From contig JAPEUI010000011.1 in NCBI GenBank assembly GCA_026025075.1, positions 1-64,000 of the forward strand: a stretch of 64,000 nt of DNA, read 5' to 3'. Positions within the stretch are counted from its first letter, which is position 1. The number at the start of each line of letters is the position of its first letter. Below are positions 25,219 through 36,929 of the stretch, piece after piece. Both the position numbers and the translations under genes were made by a program. This stretch comes from Vezdaea acicularis (taxonomy: Eukaryota). Below the pieces are notes generated by a model. The model made no database searches. It saw only the letters and a list, made by a program, of their open reading frames with translations, and was not told where the DNA came from.

Positions 25219-26453
25219 CTACCCAATAAGCACGATCCCAATATAAACCCAGCCATCCACGTAGCCCGCCCAGCGGCTGACTTCCTCGACAGGTGCGCCC
25301 AGGGGGAGTACGGCGCCGTGCAGGACGGCGCGGGCGAGGACCTCGTGGCGGCGGGAGGGGAAGAGGGAGGGGAGGAGGGCGTGCAGGGTTGTTCCCACTG
25401 TTTGGAGGGCGGGGGCGTGGGTTGGTTCGCGTGTGTTTTGGGTGAGGTAAGGGGGGATTAAGGAGTGGATTACGCGGAGGGAGGGAGGGGGGTTGGGAGG
25501 CTTGGAGGCGGAGCGGGTGGGGGAAGTTGTTAGGGCGCGGGAGATGCTTGAGGGAGGAGGTGAGGGGCTGGAGGAGGTCGGGAGGTAGATCTTTATCGGG
25601 ATGTGGCGCGTTGAGACGCCTGGCCGGTTGAGGAGGCGGGTGGAGATTGGGGAGAAGGATTGGAAGTCGTCTGGAAGGCGGGAGGGATGTTGTTAGCTTG
25701 TGCGTCGGGCGTGTGGGATACGTTTGCGGGTTGGGTAGAGGGAGGGAAGGGGAATAGCTCTGACAGAGAATGAATTGGGGGCCTTACGCTCCTGCACCGC
25801 CCGCCATAGCTGATCCGAGTCCTCCTTCGAAAGCGTCATCATGCCGTTCGCATTACCATAACGCACGGTATCTGCCTGCTCACACGAGGGGCGTCGTCAG
25901 CAACTCATGCAGCTCTCGCTCCGTCTTGCCCATGCGCCTGGAAAGGCCGCAAGCAAGCGGGATGAGGGGATGGGGGCGGAGGTGTAGATATGTACCGTAC
26001 CTCCTTGACGGCATTGACGAAGGCGTCTCTGAGCACCAATCCCGCCTCGTCGAGCCGGACCAGCCTATCATCCGGCCAGTCCCCGAAGCGCACTTCCAGC
26101 TTCCACGGGCGTCCGCCCTCCGCCCCATCGGTCCCGTCCCCGCCTTCTTCCCTCCCCTTTCCCACGTTCCCGGAGAAGAGGTCGTACAGCAATCCAACCG
26201 GCAGTTGCCACTTCAGTGGAACGCCCTCGGCTGCGAACCAGCCCGTATGCGGGGGGGTAGTGTCGGGATCGATGAGGGAGGTGCGGAAGAAGGCGTGGAG
26301 TTGTGGGAGGAGGAAGGGGAGGTAGGACAGTCGTGGGAATTGGATGAGGAAGGGTAGGGTTTGGTCGTAAGCGCGGGAGGAGAGCGGATAGAGCGTTATG
26401 TGTAGGGGTAGCGTGCCGGAGAAGGTCAGGGCGCGGATGGCGGGGAGGGCCAT
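25219..26453 (-). CDS. ATG5: Autophagy protein Atg5
   Basis: Introns 26000-25876 and 25787-25671. Motifs PRLSYLPFLL, GVPLKWQLPVGLLYD, PWKL, FVNAVKE|AD (Atg12-acceptor Lys), RHIPIKIYLP, LHGAVLPL...YVDGWVYI. Confidence 0.93.
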
Positions 26454-26874
26454 GCTGCTGAGGGTGGGCGCGCGGTGGGTGCTGGATGGTAGAGGGTTGA
26501 GGGGGTTAGTGCTTCATGGGGAGGTGCGCGAAAAGGGATGAGAGGTGAGATGAGAAGGCATTTCGGGTATTAGGCCGTCGAGGGCGAACGGGTGGAGAAA
26601 ATATATGAATCGAAAGCTCCTCAGCTCGATATCAAAGGGTGCATCAGAGCACCTATTCCCCGCCGTACAAAATTAGGCAAACCCAGTACGTTGACCATCC
26701 CCCACCAAAAAAGCGCACCTCAACACCCTTTTCCCCGCCCCCAATCCCAACTCCCATAACGAACCCAACACCATATCTCACCCCCCACGTATTAGTCACG
26801 GGGAAAACAAAGGCATGGTTTGATTTTCGTGGGCTTGATTCACTCCCGGTAGTTGCAGTCAGTTAATATTTTTT

Positions 26875-26930
26875 GGGACGCAGAATCTCAAGCTCACGTG
26901 CGGTCACGTGGATGGGGACTTTTTGCGTTC
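26875..26930 (-). promoter_or_regulatory. Composite motif copy AACGCAAAAA-N9-CACGTG-N4-CACGTG...CGTCCC
   Basis: Read directly on the minus strand; same spacing as the copies at 39.6-39.95 kb. Function is inferred only. Confidence 0.55.
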
Positions 26931-27517
26931 GGTTCATCGGTCTGGCGAACAGCGGGGGGAAAAATAAGGGGAACAAGTCGTTGACTTGGGGCATGCGTTC
27001 AGCCTTCAGCTTCAATTGAGTTGTCACAAGCTTCTTACTTCCGCTTGCCTTTTCTATTGTGTACAGCATCCTTGCTCTCACTTTTCAAGTGTTAATTTCA
27101 AGGCTTCTCTGAACTAAAGCGCGAGATGGTGAGAAGGGAGCGCGGATCAGGGGCGCTCGCTGCCTTTGAAAAAGACGCGTTAGCACGTAAGGTTACTCGT
27201 AGTCCAGAATGAATGATTCACAGAGATTGTTGAGTAGGACGATGACATTGAGTAAACTTTATTTATCGAGTGATCAAATCTAGCTACAATGGACAATTGT
27301 CTCAAACCAACAAGCCAGCAGCGCCTGAACCCTTGTCGCACTCGCAATGGTAGCAGAGAACGAACTTTCCCCGTCTCCCACCCACCATCTCGCGCCACGC
27401 AAAGCAGCAGTAGCGCCAGAAACCAAGAAAAAATTGGGGTATTAAGCAGTGACACAATATACACAAGAAGCGAACAGCGCCGCAAACGAGTAAAGGAAAA
27501 CCGTTCTATATCCAAGT

Positions 27518-29740
27518 TTAGATCATGCTTCCATTCACACTGATCTCGAAGCCATCGCCCTTCTGCTTCAGGGCCTTGGCGAGCATGAGCTCGCGCATCC
27601 AGTCGATGCGCTCGTCACGGCTCTTGACAGCAAAGTGATGCGTCTTGCCCGTTGCGGCGTGCTGGATACCGCGCTTGTCTGCAGCGGTGGGGATGAGCTG
27701 GAAAGCGAACGCGCCCTCATCGCCCTCCTTCTTCTTGCTACCGAGCTTCATCTGCTTGAAAGCGGCAGAGAGCTTGTTTGAGGCGATAGAAGAGCAGGCC
27801 ACGGCGAATTCGTCAACGTTGATGCTTTCGAGCTCTTCCTTTGTCAGGTGGTCTTTGTGCATGGCCAGCTCAGTGCCCTTTAGGCGGAAATGGTGCTCTT
27901 GCCATTCGTGGCGGAGCATCTTCGTCTTACGCTTCTTCATGTAGCCGGCGTGGTTGTATTCGCTGACGATGGGGGTGCGGCTGTCTTGGGTGGCGCCCTC
28001 CTGAGGGACTTCCCAAACGTCATCTTCATCAACTTTGCTGATGGTGAAGCTGGGGCGTGGACCGATGGGGGACATGCCAGAGAGACGGGAGGCGGGGCGG
28101 GAAAGCGTGGTGGAACCACGGCGGTAGCGCATGTCTGGTGGGACGGATTGGGAGGCATCGCGAGCGACGGGACCGGGGGAGACTGCCGTGGTGGGGACGT
28201 CCATTTCAGATGCAGGGGTGCCACGTCTAAAAGTTCCAGGAACTAGAGGGCGGTTGGGAGAGAAGAAGTTGTTGTTGCCATTCCACGGTGATTGGGCGGT
28301 CACGCACGGCGAGAAAGCCTCTGGTGATTTGAAGGTACGGCTAGGTTGAGCGGCGCTTGCAGACCTTTGGAGGAGGTTCGAGGATGGGGTCTGACCAGGG
28401 ATAGTGAGTTTTGGTAGCGATTGTAGAGTCCGAGGCTGCACATGTTGCTCCGGGAACATTTCCAAGCCCTGGGGAGAGAGATGGTCGATGTCCTGGCCCT
28501 GGCAATGTTGCAGGTCGAGGAATTGCTTAACATTCTCTTGAGGATCGCGAGATTGTAACGCTTTCAGGCTCTCTTCTTCCAAGGCGAACTCGGGAGTTTG
28601 GCCGGGCCCGAGGACGTCGGAAGAGGCCACGACTGAGGGTACGACCTCGCTGATGGGTCGTAGAGCTGGAGCCGTCAGGGTGTTGCCCGGGTTTCCAGCG
28701 AGGAAGATCATGCCACCAGCCCCAGGGCTGATCGGCCATTCAGTAGCAATCAGGTTCCTCTGCCTCTGCTGTCGTCGGTATTTGGCGCAGTTCTCGCCTT
28801 TGGCGCATTTGTGGGGTTTGGGGATGAGCTCCTCAATGCCCACGATGGAGACCGAGTCGATTGGCGAGATGACCCTGTCATCTGTCAACGGATTCTTTCG
28901 AACCTTGCGGCTGCTCTTCTTCTTCTTGAGCTCCGGGCGCCTCTCCTCATCCGAGTCGCAGTCTCCCACACGACGGAAGTCTTTGCTGCTGTCGCTGCTG
29001 GGCCGGCTTTCGATTGGGCTGCCGTCGGGGCTGCCGCGAAGATTGCATATCTCGGTCCACACCTTGCGACGTTTTCCAAACGACTTGATGTCCAGTTCTT
29101 TGAGGTCGTCAAACTTGAGGTCCACCAACACTGCGCCAGATATATCATTCGCTTCAAACTTGTCCACCACATTTCTATCGAACCCACTCTCGTACATCCA
29201 TCGAGCGACCTCCTGCGGCGACCACATTTGAATTTCGCCTGGGTCTAGCTGTGTGACCTGCTCCCTGAAGCTACCGTAATTTGGGTTTGCTGGGTTTGCC
29301 GAGTTGAGAAGATTCTCAGCGGCGGCGATGTCTGGAGTCTCTTTTGGGGTGATGGGCGACATCGTCAGGTGGAAGCTGTAGTCCTGTCCATCCTGAGACG
29401 CTCTGAAAAGGTGCGGCCCCACTGGTCCTTCTACTGGCCGACGTTCGATGTTGAAGTCGAAGGCCGAGAACTCGTTTTGGGGAGTCCTCAGATCACCGTA
29501 CGACGATAATGTGGTAGCATCGTCGCTCTTTCGACCCTCCTTGAGCACAGTCAGTATCTCCCGCGCCTTGCAGTACTCCCTCTGACAACCTACCGACTCT
29601 ATGCTTATTCTAGGCGATTCATCGCCATCGCTTAGCTCGCAATCTAGATCGTATATTTCTGTTGCTGTAGACATCGGCCGAGGCGCCAGCGCCTTTGGGT
29701 CGAGAAGGGATCCATATATACTTGTGGATCTCTGGAACAT
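27518..29740 (-). CDS. SAM and PH domain protein (Boi-related, no SH3 seen)
   Basis: SAM: WSPQEVARWM...FEANDISGAVLVDLKFDDLKELDIKSFGKRRKVWTEI. C-terminal PH: HAGYMKKRK...WQEHHFRLKG...HHFAVKSRDERIDWMREL. Probable 54-nt intron at 29593-29540. Confidence 0.9.
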   Translation of the reverse strand: MFQRSTSIYGSLLDPKALAPRPMSTATEIYDLDCELSDGDESPRISIESVGCQREYCKAREILTVLKEGRKSDDATTLSSYGDLRTPQNEFSAFDFNIERRPVEGPVGPHLFRASQDGQDYSFHLTMSPITPKETPDIAAAENLLNSANPANPNYGSFREQVTQLDPGEIQMWSPQEVARWMYESGFDRNVVDKFEANDISGAVLVDLKFDDLKELDIKSFGKRRKVWTEICNLRGSPDGSPIESRPSSDSSKDFRRVGDCDSDEERRPELKKKKSSRKVRKNPLTDDRVISPIDSVSIVGIEELIPKPHKCAKGENCAKYRRQQRQRNLIATEWPISPGAGGMIFLAGNPGNTLTAPALRPISEVVPSVVASSDVLGPGQTPEFALEEESLKALQSRDPQENVKQFLDLQHCQGQDIDHLSPQGLEMFPEQHVQPRTLQSLPKLTIPGQTPSSNLLQRSASAAQPSRTFKSPEAFSPCVTAQSPWNGNNNFFSPNRPLVPGTFRRGTPASEMDVPTTAVSPGPVARDASQSVPPDMRYRRGSTTLSRPASRLSGMSPIGPRPSFTISKVDEDDVWEVPQEGATQDSRTPIVSEYNHAGYMKKRKTKMLRHEWQEHHFRLKGTELAMHKDHLTKEELESINVDEFAVACSSIASNKLSAAFKQMKLGSKKKEGDEGAFAFQLIPTAADKRGIQHAATGKTHHFAVKSRDERIDWMRELMLAKALKQKGDGFEISVNGSMI

Positions 29741-32700
29741 CTCTAGCCCCGGATAGAGGGGACTGATAGGTGTGGAAGACTGTATAGGGGGTTAAAAGTT
29801 GATCTGTGGGCGTGGTGAGGCATCGCCAACGTACCATAGTTATAGACAAAAAAGGACTTAGGATAATATAAACGCTGGATGGATCGCGTTCGCTATGCCA
29901 CGCAATGCAAGGTACCGTCGCCGGTATAGATGGTCTAATGAAATATGAAAGGGATAACGATAGGCTTCATGTTCAGCACGATTGGGAGACTTAAAGGGAG
30001 GCCGCATATGAGGGCGCTTCGAGGGAGTTATGTATCGTGATAGCGGCGAAGGTCCCGCAGCCCAGCGTGGGGCCGGCAGCGGCCATGCCCCTCGGATGCA
30101 TCTCAGCACGCAACGGCACGCATCGCGAGCCGGGGTGATCGCGGAGGCGAGGGTACGAAGAAAGCACACGGTGCAGGCAAAGGATTGGTAGCTTTTCGAT
30201 AGCCCGGGTGTCTCTGGTGATGGGCAATTGGGTTGGGTGGGCGAAGAGGTTGGCGAGATGCAGGTTGTGACGGCGGTGGTCGAGGTGCATAAGTTTGCAC
30301 AGTTGTGCACCACTCACGTCGCGCGAGCGGCTTGGGCTTTAAGCGCCCGCTCAGGCGAGCGCGACGGAACGTGCGCTGACTGGCCATCGTCCACGGGAAT
30401 CAATGCATTACTCTCCTCGCTATGCCGAGCTAGGCAATGGAGCATAATTTCCCAAATTTGTTTCCATTTTTACATTTCGCCCGCGAGCCGTTGCGACTGT
30501 GGGCAATCCCGTCATCACGCATTCCCATCCCGCTCTGGCCTCCACCGGCCCGGCCGCGGTCTGTCAATCTTGCCGCCTCTGCTCGTCCCTCGCTTCTGAG
30601 CAAGATGGCAAACGGCCCCGCAGATGGAACCCTTCGACGCGTGCTATCGGGAATTGGCCGTCGCTCAACCAGGGTTACCATGTGCCTCCGTTGCCACACG
30701 GGAAAGGCCAGCGGCGGATCTTTGCTTACGATATTGATTTCTGGATGACCGCCAATCATCGCGTATCTGATCCGGAATAATGTTGGGCCAAATCCAATCG
30801 GCATCTCTTTCGCCGTCGATGTCACTGTTCAAGCTGAGGTCGACAAATGGCATCGTGCTCTTTACGGGCAGTCGCCTGAGGCCTGCACAGAGATGCTCGG
30901 TCACTTGACCGGGCCGCGACGGTTCTGGTAAGTACCAATATCCCAACGACGAATACCGCACGAGTACATTGCCGCACTCGGGGCTGGCGGGGGATATACG
31001 AGTTCCGCCACCGTTCAGCTGTCGCTTTCCATGCTACACGACATGGACGAGTGGCCGTCGCGGAGTCATGTCTCGGCGCCGGAATCCGACGGACGGTCCG
31101 CTCCCTCCGCTCCCGCCCAAGTTTGGCTCGTCGGGCCTGCTCGAATGGGATCATAGCCAGACCTCACGATCCTGTAGGGCCGAATCGGGTAGCCATCACG
31201 ATCTAGACTTGTCATTCGCTTCTTTATCGGTTTTCTGACAGCTGACCCGTCAACATAACGGCTTTGATTTTGGTTCGGGAGCTCAGATGCGTGTCTCACC
31301 TATTCGAGTAGCTGTTGCTTTCAAAGGGGGGGTGTGCTTTGACAACATCTCGAGGTGGGAGCATGTGTAAGGTGATGGGAGGTGCATCGGACTTGGCTGT
31401 GCATCCTGGCCTACCATCATCCACATCGCGCCTTGGATGTACGCCGTGTGCACATGGCACAATATCGACATGGATCTCTGCCTTCTATCGATCATCGCCA
31501 ATCGCAATTAGTCTTGAGATTCGGTAGACACCGTCTCCTACACGGCATGGCTTCCATGCCGTACGTTACTCAAACGAGCAGTACACGGATCCAGCCATGA
31601 TATCTCGTGGCCCTATATCATTTCGTAAAAAATCTCACGAGACCTTGCAGATCCTTCCATCGACTCTTTACCCGTCTGATCCTTGGGCGTCCATCGGAGG
31701 CAGGCGATCTGTCGTATCAAGATTTCAATAATCAAGCATTCATCCAGGGTAAACTCTTCGAAGCGCACGGACTCAAAACACTGAGGGAAGGGGTTCTAGT
31801 CTCCTCTCCTCTCACATGACTTTCACTTCATGCGGGAAACCCTGTTGGTCGACAAGCATCCTGAAGGGCTTTTCCGGATCGAGCAAAGACGGTATCGCAA
31901 AGGGGGGGGCGGGTTAAGCAGTTCCCGTTGCCGTATGATGTCGTTGATAGGGTTTTAGCAGGGACCATATGGCGAGCTGTTCGAGTCGAATCAAGTGCCG
32001 GCGTCCAAGCTTCATGAATGATCGACCGGCATCCTTCCCAGACATTGGCGAAAAGCTTCTCGACCCAACGAAATCCAAAGGTTAGTCATCGCGGAAACGA
32101 TTGGCTTTTGTTGAGCAGGGCTCAAATCAGGAATGTAATATGCGCACATGGCCATGATCCAATCCTTCGCGGAAGAGTGTCCACGATGGAGTCTGCCTCG
32201 GACTCGCACTCAAGCTAAATCCCCGATCATGAGGTGCTTTCAGGAATTTCGCAAAAGAGAACAGGGTCCATGCGTGCGGCATGGACCAGGGAAGGAGCGG
32301 TGCTCGTCTGAAAATCGGGCTTCACCGCCCTCATTGAACGGCAATAAACGGCAAAACAGATTGAGACGCGGCCTTGACTCGATCAACTGGCTCTCTTGCT
32401 ACCGCAGACTTTGGTCGCAGGCGAAGTCCGTGGCGAGCTGCGCCGTCGCAAAGCTACGCTTGGAACCTCTCGTGGACTCCCTCGTGATGTATTCGCCCAG
32501 CGGAAACAGGATCATCGAGTACTTCCGCGTCAGCTCTGCGGACGACTGGCGACGGTTAAAGCTGGCCGCCAACCAGTCAGATGACACGCGAGGGGCTGTG
32601 GGAAAATGTCGCGCGGTCACCTGCTCCCGGGATTTTGCCCCAGCTCGAGACTTCTCGTCAAGACGTCTTTTGCCATCTCGGCGTTCGACTTGGGGCGCAA

Positions 32701-34916
32701 GGCCGTCTCAAGGCGAAAGCTTTATAGCTTTGTTGATTGCGTAGCCAGCCGCAGACTACCTAATCTATCGAGAGATCAGAAGTGTGCTCAGATATCTGAT
32801 GGCGTGCATGACGGGGGGCAAAGGCCAGGCAGGTTTCATACCCATCGAATTAGCCCACATTCGCGGCGGGGATTTCTTCCTGATCGGGTTGAATTAGTTC
32901 CAGATATTATTAGCAAAGATAAGAGTCGGCATAGACGGACTTCCGGAACAGAGGAATTAGCGGTCATGCGGCGTGGGGAAGGGATCTCCCTTCGCAAGCA
33001 CGTTAAATGGCGTAAACGGCACAAAAGGGCATTAATTAGTGGTCTTTTTTTGGGTCAGGACGGGGAAGCATGGTTCTGTTCGCTTGAGGGCCCCCTGTCC
33101 GAGCTTCGAGAGCAGCCCCTAGCAGGGGCCAGCTTCCCTGGTCGGAACCAACCACGGCCCGAGATGCAGGTCTTGGCATCACATATCAAGCACGCTTGCA
33201 TGACGCGCACACCCACTCACGACATCGAAGTCCCTGCTCGCCGCGATTCTCATCCTGCACACCTCGCTCGCATCTGGCCTCGCGACCCTGACCCGGCTCC
33301 GCTTCCTTCGCTATCGATTATCGTGTTAAATTAGCATCCCGGCTCATCAGTCACGCCTATCGCCCCTCAATTGGCCGTTTCCGGCAATATTCAATTTCCC
33401 GCTCGCGAGCGGACGACGACCCCTCATTCGCCCCTGCGCTCGCTGCAGCGACCGGGTTTTTGCTCAACCACGCTCTCCACGCTGAGACCGGCGGGGGCAC
33501 GCGAGGCGAGGCATTTTGCTAGGCCTTCTGTCTCCGATGCCGGGAATGCCGTATTGAGGAGCGGCGTTGTCTTTCCCTTAAACGGACACGGACTGGAACA
33601 AGCTTGGGCCCCGAGTCGCAGCCGCATTGGCCGACGAGAGATTGAGCCGACGAAAGCCTTTTCCTTTCGTGTGCCCCAACGGTCTCGAGAGTTCAAGACC
33701 GGTATTCGCGATAGGATCAAACCTGCTCAGTCTAGAGGGTCGCAGCTGGGATGAGCCGGTGTGGTGGGAGGGCGAAGGAAGAAGAGAGCTTGCGCATCGC
33801 AGCTGATCGCGCAGGAAACGAAAGAGTCGGCGTGCGGACGCTGCTGCAAGTCAGTCTTCGCGGATGTGGTTCCCTCGGGAGCTAGGGGGGCTGGTCGGTC
33901 AAGGTCGATGTCGACGTTGACGGTAGCTCCATCGCCATCACGTCGCATCGCGTCGCAACACCGAAGCTGTCAGGAAGCTTGCGAGAAGCTCATTTCCCGT
34001 TTCTGTGCGATGCAAGGGTCCGCTCCGCACTCGCTCGGAGCATTCCCGGCCTGGCTCGAGTCATCGGCCTGCGTGGCGTGCGACCACCCTCGCTTCGTTC
34101 GCTTCGACTTCCACCTAGGACTGCATCGAGACGATCGAGGGGAGGGGAGGGAGAGCCGAGGGAGGATGGGCAGCACGGGCAGCATGGGCCGCACGGAACC
34201 TGCTCTTTTCTTAGAGAGCGAGGTAGGGTTGACCGCAAAAAGAGGGCGGGCCGTGACTTGCGGCGTGACCCCGGCCGGCGAGCTGGTCTGCTTCTGCGTT
34301 AGCGGCTGCTATCCTGGTTCGCATCTTCGCGCCTGCAAAAATAACCTTCGCGACCGGTGGCTGGCCGACTCGACCGACCCCTGCACGGACGGTGGTGGGA
34401 AGCAGGCCCGCGATAGGCCGGGGCGTCGCTGCCAAATACAGCGGCCAGCACGCGGAAGGTGCCCCCTCATCTCCCACCACGCCCGATGCGGAAACGTCGC
34501 ATGGAGGACCGGGGGTGCGACAGGGGTCCAAGAACACGCACAGGGGGGGGCCACACAGAAATAGATCCTGGCTTCTAGTGCGCATACGCTATGCACGGTT
34601 CCCGCTCTCGCCAAAGGGTGGGTGGGCGTGAGCTCTGGAACTATTCATAAATAAGGTCCCACCTCCAGCTTCACGATGCTTCCATCCAGACTCCAGGCGT
34701 TCGACTTTGCACCATTCCTCTTCACCCCATTCTCCCTCCTCTCTACAATATCATCGTCCGCTGGTCAGGCCTTGATATCCTCTCTTGTAATTAACGATCC
34801 TCCTTTTCTACTTCATCGTCGCCGCCTCGCCTCCTCGCTTACACCGCGAGTCCGTCGGACCTGTCAATACTCTCGACCCCCGACACCCCCCCCGAACCCC
34901 CACAACACCATACAAA

Positions 34917-36929
34917 ATGTCTCAACCAGCGCTGGCATCAATCCACAGCGCCTCCGCCGCGGCCTCGACAATAGCGGCGCCGAAGACGTCGTCGCCAGGC
35001 GCGAAATCGAGCTCGAAGATGCACCGGAGGTCGCGATCGGGCTGCTTTACCTGCCGACTGCGGAGGAAGAAGTGCGACGAGGGCAAGCCGGCGTGCAAGG
35101 CGTGCAAGCATCTGGGTCTACAGTGCGAATACAAGCGGCCGATGTGGTGGAGCAACAACGAGCAGCGAAGGAACCAGAAGGAGCGGATCAAGACCATCAT
35201 CAAGCGGACGAAGCTGACGGAGAAGACGGCGCAGGTGAATGCCGGGATGGACGATGCGCCGGATCTGTCATACTCACTGCCAACCTCCGACACATACTCC
35301 GACTCGATGGACCGAACAAGATCGGTGTCGGTCGACTCACAGTTTTCGTTGGAGTACGATTTCAATCATGGGCCGGGGTTGGATAGCTTTGGGAACTTTG
35401 CGGCACCGATCAATCCCGCGCAGTTCGGTGGATATCCGGCTTACTCGCCATACGAGGTGGACATCAAGACCGAACGCCAAACATTCGTCAATGAGATCCC
35501 GACCAGGAGAGATTCGTCGATATCCACCTTCAGCACATTCCAACCGCCACCAACATTAGCGTCGTTTCCGGCGGAAGCTTGGGCACAGGACGGCTATTTC
35601 GACAGCCGGAGGACGTCGATGAGCACGGCGGAGGAGGGGCTGGACTTCAACTTTTTCGATTTCGCGCATGGGCAGACGGGCAACCAACAGCACGCCGAGA
35701 TCCACGTCGACGAGTGCGACCGGAAACTACTGGACCACTTCATCGCCAACGTCCTGCGACTGATCTTCCCGATCCTCGAGGTGAACCAGCACGGGTCGGC
35801 GCGGTCCGAGGTGATCCTCCCCGCGCTCGAGTCCAACAAGTGCTATCTGCACTGCTGCCTGAGCATCTCCGCGCTGCACCTCAAGGCCACGCAGGGACTG
35901 TCGGGCGAGCAGATCGACAGCGACATCATGAAGCACCGGTATGCCACCATCACCGAGCTCTGCGACGCCCTCAACCGCGACACCGACCACCTCCAGATCC
36001 TCGAGGCCACGCTCGGCATGATCTTCTTCCAATGCTCGGTCGGCCGCTCGGACGACTGCCTACCCGACATCCCATGGCACCAACACTTCCAAGCGGCGAC
36101 CTCACTCGTCCACAAGCTCGACCTCCCGCGCACCCTCACGGCCTCCGCCAACTCGGGCCACTTCCAACCACCCTTCAACATGACGCTCGCATCCTGGATC
36201 GACATCCTCGGCGCGACGATGGTCTGCCGCGCCCCGCAGTTCGCCGACACCTATCGCGAGCTGCACCTGGCGGGCAAGCTCTCCGGGCTCAGCGAGCTGA
36301 TGGGCTGCGACGACCGCGTCATGTACCTCATCTCGGAGATTGCCTGCCTCGACAGCCTCAAGCAGCAAGGCACCATCGACGACCTCACGCTGTGCTCGCA
36401 CATCCACGGGCTCGCCGAGCAGATCGCCCTCCTCGAAGCGGCGTCCAGCTGCGAGTCCGCCGTCGCCTACCCCTACTCCCACACCGGCGCCCTCCGGCCC
36501 AAGCAGCTCGCCAAGAACATGACCGCCGTCTTCCGCCTCGCCGCCCGCATCTACCTCTGCAGCCTGGTCCCCGGCTTCGACGCGCACTCCGCCTCCATCG
36601 TCGACCTCGTCGACAAGCTCGCCGATACCCTCCAATTCATCCCCCACGGCCCCGACGGCTTCGACCGCAGCCTCGTCTGGCCGCTCCTGATCGCCGGCGC
36701 CGTCGCCACGCCCGCCTCGCTCTTCCGCCGCGTCTTCGCCGAACGCTCCGTCGCGCTCGGCGAGCACGCCGAGTTCGGCAGCTTCGGCCGCATGGCCCGC
36801 CTGCTTCAGGAAGTATGGCGGTTGGCCGACAACAATACCAACAGCGCCGCCGACAAGGCGGCAGGCAGACCCGGCGTCCACTGGCGGGACGTCATGCAAG
36901 AAAAGGGCTGGGACTTCCTGTTGATCTAG
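34917..36929 (+). CDS. pro1: Zn(II)2Cys6 developmental transcription factor of the Pro1/ADV-1/NosA/RosA family
   Basis: HRRSRSGCFTCRLRRKKCDEGKPACKACKHLGLQCEYKRPMWW, YEVDIKTERQ.FVNEIPTRRDSSISTF, C-terminal fungal TF domain ending HWRDVM...WDFLLI. Single uninterrupted ORF. Confidence 0.92.
   Translation: MSQPALASIHSASAAASTIAAPKTSSPGAKSSSKMHRRSRSGCFTCRLRRKKCDEGKPACKACKHLGLQCEYKRPMWWSNNEQRRNQKERIKTIIKRTKLTEKTAQVNAGMDDAPDLSYSLPTSDTYSDSMDRTRSVSVDSQFSLEYDFNHGPGLDSFGNFAAPINPAQFGGYPAYSPYEVDIKTERQTFVNEIPTRRDSSISTFSTFQPPPTLASFPAEAWAQDGYFDSRRTSMSTAEEGLDFNFFDFAHGQTGNQQHAEIHVDECDRKLLDHFIANVLRLIFPILEVNQHGSARSEVILPALESNKCYLHCCLSISALHLKATQGLSGEQIDSDIMKHRYATITELCDALNRDTDHLQILEATLGMIFFQCSVGRSDDCLPDIPWHQHFQAATSLVHKLDLPRTLTASANSGHFQPPFNMTLASWIDILGATMVCRAPQFADTYRELHLAGKLSGLSELMGCDDRVMYLISEIACLDSLKQQGTIDDLTLCSHIHGLAEQIALLEAASSCESAVAYPYSHTGALRPKQLAKNMTAVFRLAARIYLCSLVPGFDAHSASIVDLVDKLADTLQFIPHGPDGFDRSLVWPLLIAGAVATPASLFRRVFAERSVALGEHAEFGSFGRMARLLQEVWRLADNNTNSAADKAAGRPGVHWRDVMQEKGWDFLLI

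Noticed and set aside
26828..26856. Possible tRNA T-arm fragment (GTGGGCTTGATTCAC)
   Set aside because: No TTCRA loop, poor stem pairing and no 5' half nearby.
30000..34630. Many 100-270 aa ORFs on both strands
   Set aside because: Mutually overlapping, Arg/Ser/Cys-rich, with no recognisable domain; expected in GC-rich non-coding DNA.
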